Assembly: GCA_963701025.1 (NCBI GenBank)
Contig: OY969557.1
Coordinates: 640,090-704,089, forward strand
Source: an uncultured bacterium
GTDB lineage: Bacteria > Patescibacteriota > Minisyncoccia > Phycocordibacterales > PALSA-1337
Direction: 5' to 3'
DNA: 64,000 nt
A program made the translations under genes and the position numbers. This document shows, one piece after another, positions 1 through 9,545 of this stretch; positions within the stretch are counted from its first letter, which is position 1; each line of letters opens with the position of its first letter. The notes under the pieces were generated by a model, which was not told where the DNA came from, made no database searches, and saw only the letters and a list, made by a program, of their open reading frames with translations.

Positions 1-142
1 TCTCGGCTCTGCCTGCCATAAGAGAGATCCTCAAAAATCGGCGCGGTCGCTGATCGAGAGCATGGCCCATGCGCCGTGGTATAATGTCGCCGTGCATACG
101 TCAGCTTTCTTCAAGCTATTCCCCCCGCCGAAATTCCTCCTC

Positions 143-1042
143 ATGTCCCATGCGGGGCTGGACATCTCCGATGACGCGGTCCGTTTCATCCAGTATTCTC
201 GGCGTAATGGTTCTTTCGTCATAGCGAAATACGGTCATGTCGACCTTCCTCCCGGCCTTGTCGAGAGCGGCGACGTCAAAGACGAGAAAAAGTTCGGAGA
301 CATCCTAGCCGGCATAGCCCGTGAGCACGGCATATCGTACGCCAAGATATCGATCCCAGAAGAGAAAGCCTACCTGTTCGAGACAGACGTGCCCTCCGGC
401 GACTACAAAGCAGTCAACCAGAATATAGAGTTCAAGCTCGAGGAAAATATTCCGCTCGCCGCACCCGATGCGGTCTTTGCTTTCGATCTCTTGCCTACGG
501 AAGCGGGCAAGCCCCGGCGCGCCAGCGTCTCAGCCATACCCAAAAGCTACATCGAGCGCATGATGAAGCTCTTGAATGAAGCAGGCATCATACCGCTCGC
601 CTTTGAGACGGCTCCGCGGGCCATAGCCCGGATCGTCTCGGACGGTGTTTCCGGGGCGTCTATCGTCATTCACGCCATGAGCCGCAAAACCGGCGTATAT
701 GTCGTATCAGGAAGCGCGGTAGGATTTACCTCGACCATCGCGGCAGGCGCCGGCGACGTCGACGCGGCCGCATACGTGACTGCTCTTGCCGCGGAAGTGC
801 GCCAAGTCTATACGTACTGGTTGTCTCGGGGCGATACGGCCGGTGCGCCATTGAAGAGCGTCACTGTGGTCGGCGTCTTCGCCGAGCGCACGGCTCCCGC
901 TCTGCGTGGAAAAGTGTCTGACATTCTGCCAGTCACCATAGCCGATGTCTGGCGAGAGGTCTTCCGCCTCGAAAGATACGTGCCGCCGATCACCCGGGAA
1001 GACTCGCTCGAATACGCGCCCGCCGCCGGCCTAGCCATGTGA
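143..1042 (+). CDS. pilM: Type IV pilus assembly ATPase-like protein PilM (actin/FtsA fold)
   Basis: ORF 62..1042. Internal Met followed by GLDISDDAVRFIQY resembles the PilM N-terminus LGIDIGSxSIK. Size about 300 aa. It is followed by PilN/PilO-like single-TM proteins in the same orientation. Confidence 0.65.
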   Translation: MSHAGLDISDDAVRFIQYSRRNGSFVIAKYGHVDLPPGLVESGDVKDEKKFGDILAGIAREHGISYAKISIPEEKAYLFETDVPSGDYKAVNQNIEFKLEENIPLAAPDAVFAFDLLPTEAGKPRRASVSAIPKSYIERMMKLLNEAGIIPLAFETAPRAIARIVSDGVSGASIVIHAMSRKTGVYVVSGSAVGFTSTIAAGAGDVDAAAYVTALAAEVRQVYTYWLSRGDTAGAPLKSVTVVGVFAERTAPALRGKVSDILPVTIADVWREVFRLERYVPPITREDSLEYAPAAGLAM

Positions 1043-1055
1043 CGCATCATATACC

Positions 1056-1586
1056 ATGAATTACACATTCCTTCCTGAATCCGAACGAAAGAACATCGCG
1101 CGCGATTATCACATCCGCGTGGCCATCGTCGGCTTGTTCTTCCTGTCGCTTGCCTTTCTCGTCGGCGTTGCCGCCCTCTTCCCGGCCTATGTCCATGCCA
1201 TGCTAGAGGAACGCCTTCATCTCAAGGATGTGGCCACGCTCAATCAGACGGGCGGTGCCGAAGCTCTCTCGTCGGCGGAGAACGACCTGTCCGGCAGCGC
1301 CGCGCTCATGTCCGTTCTCTCCGGATCGATCGTGCCGGCGCCATTCTCCTCGACGGTCGAGGACATCGCTTCCGAGAGAGGCGCCGTGGAAGTGAGTTCG
1401 TTCTCCCTTTCGCGGGCTGCGTCGTCAACCTCCATCGTCATAGAGGGGTCGGCACCGACGCGCGCCGCCCTGCTCGCTTTCAAGGATCGTCTGGTCGCCC
1501 TCGCTCCGGGCATATCCGTCAACCTTCCTGTATCGGAGCTAGCCCGCGACACGGATATCCAGTTCTCCATCGAGATCACCGAATAA
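1056..1586 (+). CDS. pilN: PilN-like pilus assembly protein (N-terminal single TM, periplasmic domain)
   Basis: N-terminal xFLPESERK then a hydrophobic helix (IVGLFFLSLAFLVGVAALF), as in PilN INLLP+TM. Lies in the pilM-N-O gene order. The 9-nt gap after pilM suggests an operon. Confidence 0.5.
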   Translation: MNYTFLPESERKNIARDYHIRVAIVGLFFLSLAFLVGVAALFPAYVHAMLEERLHLKDVATLNQTGGAEALSSAENDLSGSAALMSVLSGSIVPAPFSSTVEDIASERGAVEVSSFSLSRAASSTSIVIEGSAPTRAALLAFKDRLVALAPGISVNLPVSELARDTDIQFSIEITE

Positions 1587-1590
1587 GGCC

Positions 1591-2154
1591 ATGAAACATC
1601 CTCACAGCCATATCCCATTCCTCATACTCTCCATCGCCATTTCGGCGACCGTGGTCGCGCTCTATGCCTACATAGTCCATGCCACTGCGGCCTCCGTTCG
1701 CCAAGCGAATCTGGCCCGCGATATCGTGCTCGCCGAGAAATCCGATCAATCGGAATCAGCGACCCTCTCGGGGATCGCTTCTTCCACGGCGCCTTTGCGG
1801 GCTCGCCTGGCATCATTCTTCGTTCCGGCCGACGATGTCGTCGCTTTCATCACGGTGTTGGAGTCCATCGGTCCGCAGTCCGGAAGCGCGGTCTCCATCG
1901 CCTCTATAGACGCCGACTCCCTTGCCGGAAGGCCCGCCGGCACCATAGGCGCGGTCCGCGCGCATATAGACGTTCACGGCGGATGGTCCTCGGTCATGCG
2001 CGCTCTGGCTCTCGCCGAGCGCATGCCTTATGCCGTTTCCATAGATCACGTACAGCTCGATTCTTCGTCGGCCGGCCCCGCTAACGGACGCTCATGGAGC
2101 CTGTCATTCGATATACAGGCGGATATGATCGTCCGGGCGCCGGCCGCTTCTTGA
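1591..2154 (+). CDS. pilO: PilO-like pilus assembly protein
   Basis: Single N-terminal TM (FLILSIAISATVVALYAYIV), about 190 aa, position after pilN. Assigned by synteny only. Confidence 0.4.
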   Translation: MKHPHSHIPFLILSIAISATVVALYAYIVHATAASVRQANLARDIVLAEKSDQSESATLSGIASSTAPLRARLASFFVPADDVVAFITVLESIGPQSGSAVSIASIDADSLAGRPAGTIGAVRAHIDVHGGWSSVMRALALAERMPYAVSIDHVQLDSSSAGPANGRSWSLSFDIQADMIVRAPAAS

Positions 2155-2159
2155 TTCAC

Positions 2160-2459
2160 ATGAAAAGATTATTCCACTTTTGGCATATGATCGGCGACGA
2201 CCCATTCATTGATTGGTCCATCATCCTTGCGCTATCGGTTGTCGCCGCCGCTATCCTCGTAGCCGTCGGGGCCTCCGTATACGTCGATGGCGCCGCGGAG
2301 CTCGCGTCGCCGCCCCAGATCTCCCCTGCGATCAGCCAGGCCTCGCATTTCGACATCCAAAGCCTCGATCGCATCACGGGCGCATTTGACGCCCGTGCCG
2401 CCGAGAGGGTACTGTTAGACAAGGCCTATAGCGGGCCGCCGGATCCGTCCCTCCCGTAG
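2160..2459 (+). CDS. small membrane protein (pilus-cluster associated, hypothetical)
   Basis: Internal start MKRLFHFW. One TM (ILALSVVAAAILVAVGASVYV). The 3' end overlaps the start of the tRNA by about 10 nt, so the true stop may be earlier. Confidence 0.3.
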   Translation: MKRLFHFWHMIGDDPFIDWSIILALSVVAAAILVAVGASVYVDGAAELASPPQISPAISQASHFDIQSLDRITGAFDARAAERVLLDKAYSGPPDPSLP

Positions 2460-2521
2460 TTCAATGGATAGAACAGGAGACTTCTAAGCTCTTGATGGGG
2501 GTTCGATTCCCTCCGGGAGGA
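2450..2521 (+). tRNA. tRNA-Arg (anticodon TCT)
   Basis: Cloverleaf read by eye: acceptor CCTCCCG/CGGGAGG, D-arm GTTC-AATGGATA-GAAC, anticodon loop CTTCTAA, T-arm GGGGG-TTCGATT-CCCTC, discriminator A. One mismatch at the pair closing the anticodon stem. Confidence 0.7.
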
Positions 2522-2643
2522 CAAGTTATCGTTGGGGTGCCTGACGGTTGGAGGGTGTGAATTAGTCGCCATTGCGCGCCTGCGTCGCGTGCTATACTGG
2601 TGGAGGTCACTTTTCTTATCAATTAACAGCTAATTCAATAAAT

Positions 2644-2874
2644 ATGAAAGCAGTACACATGATCGCCTTCATCCTCGTCATCATCGGGGGATTGAACTGG
2701 GGCCTCATCGGCATCAACTCCGGTTGGAATGTCGTCAACCTCATCTTTGGTTCGATCGGATGGCTCGAAAGCCTGATCTACATCTTGGTCGGCCTGTCCG
2801 CCCTCTATCTCGTCTTCACGCACAAGAAGACCTGCAAGAATTGCGACAAGGGCGCCGGAGCTCCGCAGATGTAA
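2644..2874 (+). CDS. DUF378 family small membrane protein
   Basis: Two TM helices with the GGLNWGLIG motif characteristic of DUF378 (YuiB-like). Start chosen at MKAVHMIAFIL. Confidence 0.6.
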   Translation: MKAVHMIAFILVIIGGLNWGLIGINSGWNVVNLIFGSIGWLESLIYILVGLSALYLVFTHKKTCKNCDKGAGAPQM

Positions 2875-2955
2875 TCGAAGTTTGCGCCGCATCGGCCGCG
2901 ACTTTGGAAGATCGCCTCATTCGGGGCGGTTTTTCATTCCGCGGATGTGGTGCGC

Positions 2956-3291
2956 TTATTTAAACTCGTAATAGCGGCGCTTTCTCGTTCCGGCGGCTCT
3001 TGGTGCGGTCACCGCCGCTTCGGCTGACGCCTTCGCACTGGTTATGACCCCCATTTCTTCCAGGAATTTCAGTACGCGGTAAATAGTTGAAATTTTCATT
3101 TCCGGCATTGAAGACATGATGTCTTCGGCGCAGAGCGGTGTACGGCTTTGTCGGAAGAGGTCGAGGATCGCTATCCTAGGCGCGGTTATCTTTAATCCTT
3201 CCCCACGAAGGTGATATTTGCTCGGTATACGTCTCCTCGCATTTTTTCTGTCTTCTTCGCTGATGGGCATGATATTTTTTGGAGTTTTCAA
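2956..3291 (-). CDS. Fur-family transcriptional regulator, N-terminal winged-helix domain only (truncated Fur-like)
   Basis: ITAPRIAILDLF...STIYRVLKFLEEMGVI matches the Fur DNA-binding domain (LPRLKILE...TVYRVL..F...G.I). At 111 aa it is too short to include the metal-binding and dimerisation domain. Confidence 0.5.
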   Translation of the reverse strand: MKTPKNIMPISEEDRKNARRRIPSKYHLRGEGLKITAPRIAILDLFRQSRTPLCAEDIMSSMPEMKISTIYRVLKFLEEMGVITSAKASAEAAVTAPRAAGTRKRRYYEFK

Positions 3292-3470
3292 GTATAGCGG
3301 TTTGGTGGGGGTTGGGGGTGTCTCTTTTACATGCCTTTTTCTAATTGGGAATTAAGGTTATTTTTTCAACGAGAATAAGCCGCATTATTAAAGCAGAAGA
3401 GTCTTAATTCCCATTTAGAGAAACATACCTTTCCGAGTATCCCATGCCCCTCCAGAAAAGGCTCAAACCT

Positions 3471-3546
3471 GGTGCGCGCTCAAGGATTCGAACCTTGGAC
3501 CTGCCCGATGTAAACGGGATGCTCTACCAACTGAGCTAAGCGCGCG
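3471..3546 (-). tRNA. tRNA-Val (anticodon TAC), CCA encoded
   Basis: Reverse complement is GCGCGCT TA GCTC AGTTGGTA GAGC A TCCCG TTTACAT CGGGC AGGTC CAAGG TTCGAAT CCTTG AGCGCGC A CCA. All arms are canonical; there is one 27:43 mismatch. Confidence 0.85.
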
Positions 3547-3586
3547 CGTTTTTGCGCTTGTCCATAGACTAGCGTATATTCAAGGC

Positions 3587-4402
3587 ATGAGCAATGAAAT
3601 AAATATCCTCTATGAAGACGCCGACATCGTCGCTATCGACAAGCCGTCGGGGCTCATGGTGCATCCGGATGGCAGGTCAAAAGGGCCATTCCTGACGGAT
3701 TGGATCGCGCGAAGATTTCCCGAGGCGGCTACCGTCGGCGAGTCGTCGCGTGCGCCTGACGGCACGGAGATAGTCCGTCCCGGCATCGTCCATCGCCTCG
3801 ACAGGGAAACTTCGGGCGTCCTCCTCGTCGCAAAAACTTCAGCAGGCCATACCTGCCTGAAACAGCAGTTCAAAGACCGCACCATAAAGAAAAAATACGT
3901 TGCTTTCGTCTGGGGTGATCTCGAAGAAGAGTTCGGCACCATAGACCGGCCCATCGGCCGGAGTACGAATGACTTCCGCAAATGGTCCGCCCAGCGCGGC
4001 GCCCGCGGCGACCTGCGCGACGCCGAGACCTATTGGACTAAACTCGGTTACGCTACCATCGGAGAAGCCCGCGACCAGCAGTCCTTCACCTTCATGGAAG
4101 CCGAGCCCAAGACCGGCCGCACCCACCAGATCCGCGTGCATTTCGCCGCGATCCAGCATCCCGTCGTGGGCGACACCCTCTATGGGCCCAATCGCCCGAA
4201 AGCTCTCGGCTTTGAGCGCACCGCCCTCCACGCGCGTTCCATCGAGTTTGACACTGTGGCAGGGAAGCGGATCCGTGTCGAAGCGCCCTTGCCGGAGGAT
4301 TTTGTGAAGGCGTGTGCGATCACTGGAGTTAAAATGGGGCGTGACCTCTCGCCAGTGTTCACTGATACAAAGAAGGAGGATGATTACCTGGGAAAATTGT
4401 AG
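3587..4402 (+). CDS. RluA-family 23S rRNA/tRNA pseudouridine synthase (no S4 domain)
   Basis: VAIDKPSGLMVHP and the catalytic HRLDRETSGVLLVAK motif, plus the C-terminal HQIRVHFA...P..GD.LYG region typical of the RluA/RluD family. Confidence 0.85.
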   Translation: MSNEINILYEDADIVAIDKPSGLMVHPDGRSKGPFLTDWIARRFPEAATVGESSRAPDGTEIVRPGIVHRLDRETSGVLLVAKTSAGHTCLKQQFKDRTIKKKYVAFVWGDLEEEFGTIDRPIGRSTNDFRKWSAQRGARGDLRDAETYWTKLGYATIGEARDQQSFTFMEAEPKTGRTHQIRVHFAAIQHPVVGDTLYGPNRPKALGFERTALHARSIEFDTVAGKRIRVEAPLPEDFVKACAITGVKMGRDLSPVFTDTKKEDDYLGKL

Positions 4403-4410
4403 TTTTTGAT

Positions 4411-4995
4411 TTGATTCAAGAGTATAATCCCTTCCGTATGCTTATGGAAGGAAAAGTAAGACCAGTAGAGATTCCCGACGCGCATTTTCAGAAGGTCAAG
4501 GATTCTGTTGAGAAGCTCTACAAAGAAACTGTATCTGTCGAGTGTCCATATCTCAAAGATACGGTTAATTTCAACGCGCGTGGGCTGGATCATATCAAGT
4601 TCAAAGCTTGGAATAAGCCTCGTTTTAAGTTCGACCAATATATGAGGCTAAAACTATTTCATCTGGTGCCGGAGATACTCCGTCGATCTCATACGGTACA
4701 AGGAGTTTGGGAGCGGAAGGAGTGGGTACGCCAAAAGAAGCATGGCAAATGGGAAAAGATCCCTAAAGATGTCGCGTATTACGAATTCATAGCCGTCATC
4801 AGCCATGCCCGCATCAAGATAGTGATCAAAGAAATCGAAGGCGGACAAAGATTCTTCTGGAGCATCATTCCGTTCTGGAAGATGAATGAGATTACCAGAG
4901 AAAGGAAACTGTACGACGAAGAATTGGAGCACGATGGCAATATCGTCAGTGATTTGGATGTCCTGGATATAAAGCAAAAATCACCAGTTGCCTGA
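4411..4995 (+). CDS. hypothetical protein in low-GC islet
   Basis: 194 aa ORF with a clear GC drop relative to its flanks and no recognisable motif. A strong palindromic structure follows the stop (4996-5060). Confidence 0.45.
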   Translation: MIQEYNPFRMLMEGKVRPVEIPDAHFQKVKDSVEKLYKETVSVECPYLKDTVNFNARGLDHIKFKAWNKPRFKFDQYMRLKLFHLVPEILRRSHTVQGVWERKEWVRQKKHGKWEKIPKDVAYYEFIAVISHARIKIVIKEIEGGQRFFWSIIPFWKMNEITRERKLYDEELEHDGNIVSDLDVLDIKQKSPVA

Positions 4996-5259
4996 TGACT
5001 TTTGTGAGCACTTGGCTGCGGCTTGATTGGCCGCGGGAGAGCCGAAGCCCTCACAAGTGCCACGGGGAAGTGTAGCAGGTTGAGAAAGGATTTCAATACT
5101 TGACATTTTATATTATAAATGCTATAAACAAAGCATAAGATTTAGCATAAAGCTTCATCTGGCCATTAGTGGATATTCTCTATCCACACCGTAGAGCGTC
5201 GAATGTTTCGGCATCGCGGTCCATACAGGTAATGGGGAATCTCTTGAAAGGAGATAAAC

Positions 5260-5718
5260 ATGAGAACAAGAAACCGAGACGAACTGCACCTTCTCAACTT
5301 GGCCAATAATTCTATGGGGAAAATGGGCCTGACCTACGAACGGATGGTCGAGCTCAGGCACCCATCCGACTTGTATCGTTATCTCGATGCACAATCGTCT
5401 GGCATCAATGAAATAATTGACGAGATGAATTATGGCACCCTTGCTCGAATCATTGTTTGTGCTATTAGCCGGTGTGAACAGACGGAATACAGGGGCTGTC
5501 CAATATCGTCTGTTTGTAGCCGTGACATATATTCAGAAACCAATCAGGGTTGGTATATCCTTAAGGAATATGCAAAACGTGTTTTGGTCGCTACCATGGC
5601 AGACATCCTTGTTACGGAAAGTATTCTAAGGCTTGGGCCGGAGAAATCCCCCTGGGGAGGTGGTGGAGCGCCTCGACAAAAGATGATCGAATTCGTAAGG
5701 AGAAATAGAATCAAGTAG
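5260..5718 (+). CDS. hypothetical protein in low-GC islet
   Basis: 152 aa ORF with an RBS-like GGAGATAAAC ahead of the ATG. No recognisable family. Ends in a Gly-rich tail. Confidence 0.4.
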   Translation: MRTRNRDELHLLNLANNSMGKMGLTYERMVELRHPSDLYRYLDAQSSGINEIIDEMNYGTLARIIVCAISRCEQTEYRGCPISSVCSRDIYSETNQGWYILKEYAKRVLVATMADILVTESILRLGPEKSPWGGGGAPRQKMIEFVRRNRIK

Positions 5719-5850
5719 CCTTAACTTTATAGGCTAGCCCGACACAATCTAAGTGTTGGGCTTTTTCTTTACATCCCGCCCAAAGAATGCTTAAATAAAC
5801 CCCCTACGACGCGGCATCAGCCAGCTGGCGGATGCCGCGCCTAACCATTC

Positions 5851-7677
5851 ATGGACAAGCAACAGATACGCAACATAGCCATCATCGCTCACGTTGACCA
5901 TGGCAAGACCACCTTGACGGACGCCATCATGGCCCAGTGCGGCCACGGGGACGAGGGCTCAATGGACTCGAACGCGCTAGAACAAGAGCGCGGCATCACC
6001 ATTTACGCCAAGAATACTTCGGTCAATTACAAGGGCACGAAGATCAACATAGTGGATACGCCGGGCCACGCGGATTTCGGCTCGGAGGTGGAGCGCGTCC
6101 TGCGTTCTATCGACACCGTCCTCCTCGTCGTGGACGCCCAGGAAGGCCCGATGCCGCAGACGCGCTTCGTATTGAAAAAGTCCCTCGAACTCGGCCTGAA
6201 CCCGATCGTCATCATCAACAAGATAGACAAACCCGCGGCGAACCCGATGCGCGTGCACGATGAGATACTGGAGCTATTCATCGAGCTCGGCGCACATGAC
6301 AAACAAATAGATTTTCCGACCGTCTACGCCATCGGTCGTCAGGGTATAGCAAAGATGAAGCTCACTGATGATTCCAAAGATTTGACCCCGCTTCTCGATA
6401 CTATATTGAGCCATGTGCCACCGGCCAATACGCCGGAACAGTCGAAACTGCCTCTGGCCGCCCAGGTTTTCAACCTTGGTTATGACAATTTTCTCGGTCG
6501 TCTGGCCGCGTGCCGCATATACGACGGCGTCATCCGTGACGGACAAGAAGTATTCGTCAAACAGATCGGCAGCGCCACGACCAAAGGCAAGCTGACCAAG
6601 CTTTTCACCTATGAGGGCAAGAAGCGAGTCGAGATCCCGGAAGCCTTCGCCGGCGACATCGTCATGGTCGCTGGCCTACCCGACATATATATCGGAGAGA
6701 CTATCACCGACAATGAGGTCTCGCCGGCATTGCCCGCCATCAAAATCGACGAGCCGACCATCAGCCTCGATTTCCTGGTCAACAATTCTCCCTTTGCCGG
6801 CAGGGAAGGCAGGTTCGTCACCGGCCGTCAGATCCGCGAGCGCTTGGAAAAGGAGCTCGAGGTCAACGTCGGCCTCAAGGTCGATTTTTCCGCCAGTGAA
6901 TTCTTCAAAGTCTATGGCCGCGGCGAGCTCCACGTGGCCATTCTCCTCGAGAACATGCGCCGCGAAGGGTATGAGCTCCAGGTCTCCCAGCCGCAGGTCA
7001 TTTTTAAGAAGGAGAAAGGAGAAGGGAGTGTGGAGAATGGAAAGGAAAAAATTCTCGAGCCGTTCGAAGAGCTGACCATCGACATTCCCGAAGCGTATTC
7101 CGGCGCCGTCATCGAGAAGCTCGGCAAGCGCAAAGCCATCATGACCGACATGAAGACCAAGGACGGCCATTCGCGCATGCTCTTCGAGATCCCGACCCGC
7201 GGATTACTCGGCTACCGCAACGCATTCACCATCGACACCAAAGGCGAGGGCATATTGGCCAGTCGTTTCACCGAATTCAAGCCTTACGCAGGCGAGATAG
7301 AAAAGCGCGAGACGGGCTCCATGACTTCCATGGCTTCCGGAAAGACTCTTGGCTTCTCGCTCTGGAATCTCCAGGATCGCGGCCGCCTGTTCGTCAGACC
7401 GGCCGTGGAAGTCTATGAGGGCATGGTCATAGGCGACACCGCCAAAGGCGATGATCTAGACGTCAACCCCACCAAGGGCAAACAGCTGTCCAATATGCGC
7501 TCGTCCGGCAAGGATGAGGCTCTCATGCTCGTGCCGCCGTACGAATTGACCATCGAGCGCGGCCTCGAGCTCATGCGTGAAGATGAGTACTTGGAAATCA
7601 CGCCAAAGAGCGTGCGCTTGCGCAAGAAGTTTTTGACCGAATTGGACAGGGCCAAGTCAAAGAGGAAGGATTTGTAA
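5851..7677 (+). CDS. typA: Translational GTPase TypA/BipA
   Basis: G1 AHVDHGKTTL, G3 DTPGHADF, G4 NKID, and collinear EF-G-like domains II/III/V across 608 aa. Diagnostic for TypA/BipA. Confidence 0.92.
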   Translation: MDKQQIRNIAIIAHVDHGKTTLTDAIMAQCGHGDEGSMDSNALEQERGITIYAKNTSVNYKGTKINIVDTPGHADFGSEVERVLRSIDTVLLVVDAQEGPMPQTRFVLKKSLELGLNPIVIINKIDKPAANPMRVHDEILELFIELGAHDKQIDFPTVYAIGRQGIAKMKLTDDSKDLTPLLDTILSHVPPANTPEQSKLPLAAQVFNLGYDNFLGRLAACRIYDGVIRDGQEVFVKQIGSATTKGKLTKLFTYEGKKRVEIPEAFAGDIVMVAGLPDIYIGETITDNEVSPALPAIKIDEPTISLDFLVNNSPFAGREGRFVTGRQIRERLEKELEVNVGLKVDFSASEFFKVYGRGELHVAILLENMRREGYELQVSQPQVIFKKEKGEGSVENGKEKILEPFEELTIDIPEAYSGAVIEKLGKRKAIMTDMKTKDGHSRMLFEIPTRGLLGYRNAFTIDTKGEGILASRFTEFKPYAGEIEKRETGSMTSMASGKTLGFSLWNLQDRGRLFVRPAVEVYEGMVIGDTAKGDDLDVNPTKGKQLSNMRSSGKDEALMLVPPYELTIERGLELMREDEYLEITPKSVRLRKKFLTELDRAKSKRKDL

Positions 7678-8078
7678 TTCAGTTGCGGGTCAAATGGTGG
7701 AAATGGGCCACGAAGTTTGGTTGGTTTGAAGTTCGGCACTTTAGTCAACTAAAGTGGAATAAAAAAGCCCCGCGCGCGAGCGAGAGGTCTCGGAACACAC
7801 CAAGGCTATTCAGAATGGCGCGACACCCACAATATCGGGCCTATTCGGTTTACATGATATTGCCTGTATCCATAGAGGCCGCCGCCGATGATGATCACTG
7901 CCACCAGTATTATGATTGCTTTCATAAACCAAATTTTTTTGTTCTCTCTACCGATTGCTGGCAGAGTCGCCTTTTCAAAGGGCATTGTTTACCGCATGTT
8001 TGCTGTTTAAAAACAGACTAGCATAAAAAGGAGACTTGTCAAGTACCATTCACAAGTATTAGCTGATACAATTCGCTC

Positions 8079-8327
8079 ATGATTCAAGACTTTCTTACAT
8101 CGAACCTCAACAAGGCTGTCTATGAGATGATAGACGGCGATAAGCGGTTTTACGGAGAGATAAAGAGTTTGCGCGGCGTATGGGCTGTCGGTAAAACCCT
8201 TGAAGAATGCCGTCTCAATCTTATGACTGCAATAGAAAGCTGGCTTGTGTTTCGTCTGAAAAGGAATCTGGCGATACCTAATTTCAAAATCCGTGGCAAA
8301 CAACTGCCAGTGAGTAAATATGCCTAG
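8079..8327 (+). CDS. hicB: HicB-family (UPF0150) antitoxin-like protein
   Basis: FYGEIKSLRGVWAVGKTLEECRLNLMTAIESWL matches the HicB N-terminal RNase H-like fold signature (F.A.IPELPGC...G.TLEEA..N..EAI..WL). No C-terminal DNA-binding domain. Confidence 0.6.
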   Translation: MIQDFLTSNLNKAVYEMIDGDKRFYGEIKSLRGVWAVGKTLEECRLNLMTAIESWLVFRLKRNLAIPNFKIRGKQLPVSKYA

Positions 8328-8541
8328 ATTGTACGCAGTTTCTTGGGGAACTTTTGTCAAGAAGATGAGATTTTTGGGTTGGAGCGGTCCAAGTCAGGAA
8401 GGTAGGCATCCAGTGATGGCGAGGGGTGATGTGTCGGTGATAATACCCAACCCTCATCGAAAAGATATCGGTATAGATTTGCTAGTTAGGATATTAAGAC
8501 GGGCGGGAATATCTAGAGGTGAGTGGTTGGGGGGAAAATAG
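8320..8541 (+). CDS. hicA: HicA-family mRNA interferase toxin-like protein
   Basis: KKMRFLGWSGP...GRHPVMARGD.SVIIPNPHRKDIGIDLLVRILRRAGIS follows the HicA dsRBD-like pattern (L...GW.....GSHH.F.HP......VP.H..KDL..G.L..IL.QAGL). Overlaps hicB by 8 nt, so the two are translationally coupled. Confidence 0.55.
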   Translation: MPRLYAVSWGTFVKKMRFLGWSGPSQEGRHPVMARGDVSVIIPNPHRKDIGIDLLVRILRRAGISRGEWLGGK

Positions 8542-8570
8542 ATCAGATGCGATAGTATTTCCTTCCTCGC

Positions 8571-9545
8571 TTATTTCCAATGCGTCTTTATGTATTCCTG
8601 CGCCTCGCTCATGGAGAAAGGCTGGGTCGAATTGCCGACGCGGACGAAGAATTCCTCTTTATTATCGGGGCCTTGAAGATACGCCGGTTTATGGCTCTCA
8701 CGGACATTCACCATGCATATGTCTCGCCCTTCTATGGATTCGAACGCGATGCTGACGTATTTGGCGAATGAGAGCCCGATGAGAGTCTTTATGAGCATGT
8801 TCACGTGATTTTCAAAGCCGTCGCGGTTCTTCTTTGGCAGGGCGTTATAATCTTTTTCCAGCCCGGCGATCGTGCTATTGTCCCCGACTCCTATCAATAG
8901 AGTTCCGCCGTCGGCATTCAGAAAACCGACGATGGTCTTCAGGACCATGCGTTCCATTTCCTTGCTGACCTCGCCCTTACGGATGTCATAACGCAAAGTC
9001 TCCTTGAATTCCAGGAATAGGCCTTCGCCCCGCTCGATCAGGGCTTTTGCGTCATGAGTGACCAATCTTCCTGAAGCCGCTTGCACCGACTGCTTGACGA
9101 TGTGCAGGTATTCCTCGAAATTACCGATATTCTTGAGCTTGGTAGTCCGGCCGTTCGCGTGCTCGAGTATGATGGTGCCGTGATACATCATGCGTGACAG
9201 TGGCGATTGATAGAGCTCGACAGAGGTCACGTCGGAAAGGCTTACCGCCTTGCGCCTCCGGAAGAAAAGACCGGATTTTCGAATGATCTCTTTTTCATAT
9301 ATTTCGTAATGAGAGAAGTACCAGTCGAGGAAGAGTAGGAGGATATAGACCAGTTGGAAGAGCGAAAAAGATAGTACCAGGAACACGTGGAAAGTGATAT
9401 ACATGTGTATCGGCCAGGAATTATAAAGAGCCTCGTAGTTTTCGGCGAATTTCGCGAGATAGATGAAGGCTGCCGCCAGAAATTCCATCACCAGGACGTT
9501 TCGGATGAAGACCAGCGGTCCCTCTTTTACGACGATGCGGCGCAT
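8571..9545 (-). CDS. membrane-anchored bPH_2 (DUF304/YdbT-like) domain protein fused to an AlbA_2 / Schlafen-like putative DNA-binding domain
   Basis: N-terminus has 3 TM helices then KSGLFFRRRKAVSLSDVTSVELYQSPLSRMMYHGTIILE (bPH_2 signature). C-terminus has EGLFLEFKETL...KTIVGFLNADGGTLLIGVGDNSTIAGL, which is the AlbA_2 / Schlafen-type divergent AAA core. Confidence 0.55.
   Translation of the reverse strand: MRRIVVKEGPLVFIRNVLVMEFLAAAFIYLAKFAENYEALYNSWPIHMYITFHVFLVLSFSLFQLVYILLLFLDWYFSHYEIYEKEIIRKSGLFFRRRKAVSLSDVTSVELYQSPLSRMMYHGTIILEHANGRTTKLKNIGNFEEYLHIVKQSVQAASGRLVTHDAKALIERGEGLFLEFKETLRYDIRKGEVSKEMERMVLKTIVGFLNADGGTLLIGVGDNSTIAGLEKDYNALPKKNRDGFENHVNMLIKTLIGLSFAKYVSIAFESIEGRDICMVNVRESHKPAYLQGPDNKEEFFVRVGNSTQPFSMSEAQEYIKTHWK

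Noticed and set aside
5937-7178. Numerous 60-160-aa ORFs on both strands inside typA (for example 5937..6263, 6611..7075, 6676..7170)
   Set aside because: They are alternative-frame or antisense ORFs within a well-supported GTPase gene in GC-rich DNA, so they are spurious.
7683-8360. ORFs 7683..8021 (+) and 8007..8360 (-) between typA and hicB
   Set aside because: This is an intergenic AT-rich promoter region. The minus ORF is antisense to hicB. A 39-aa possible membrane peptide (7806..7925, minus) was noted but is too weakly supported to list.
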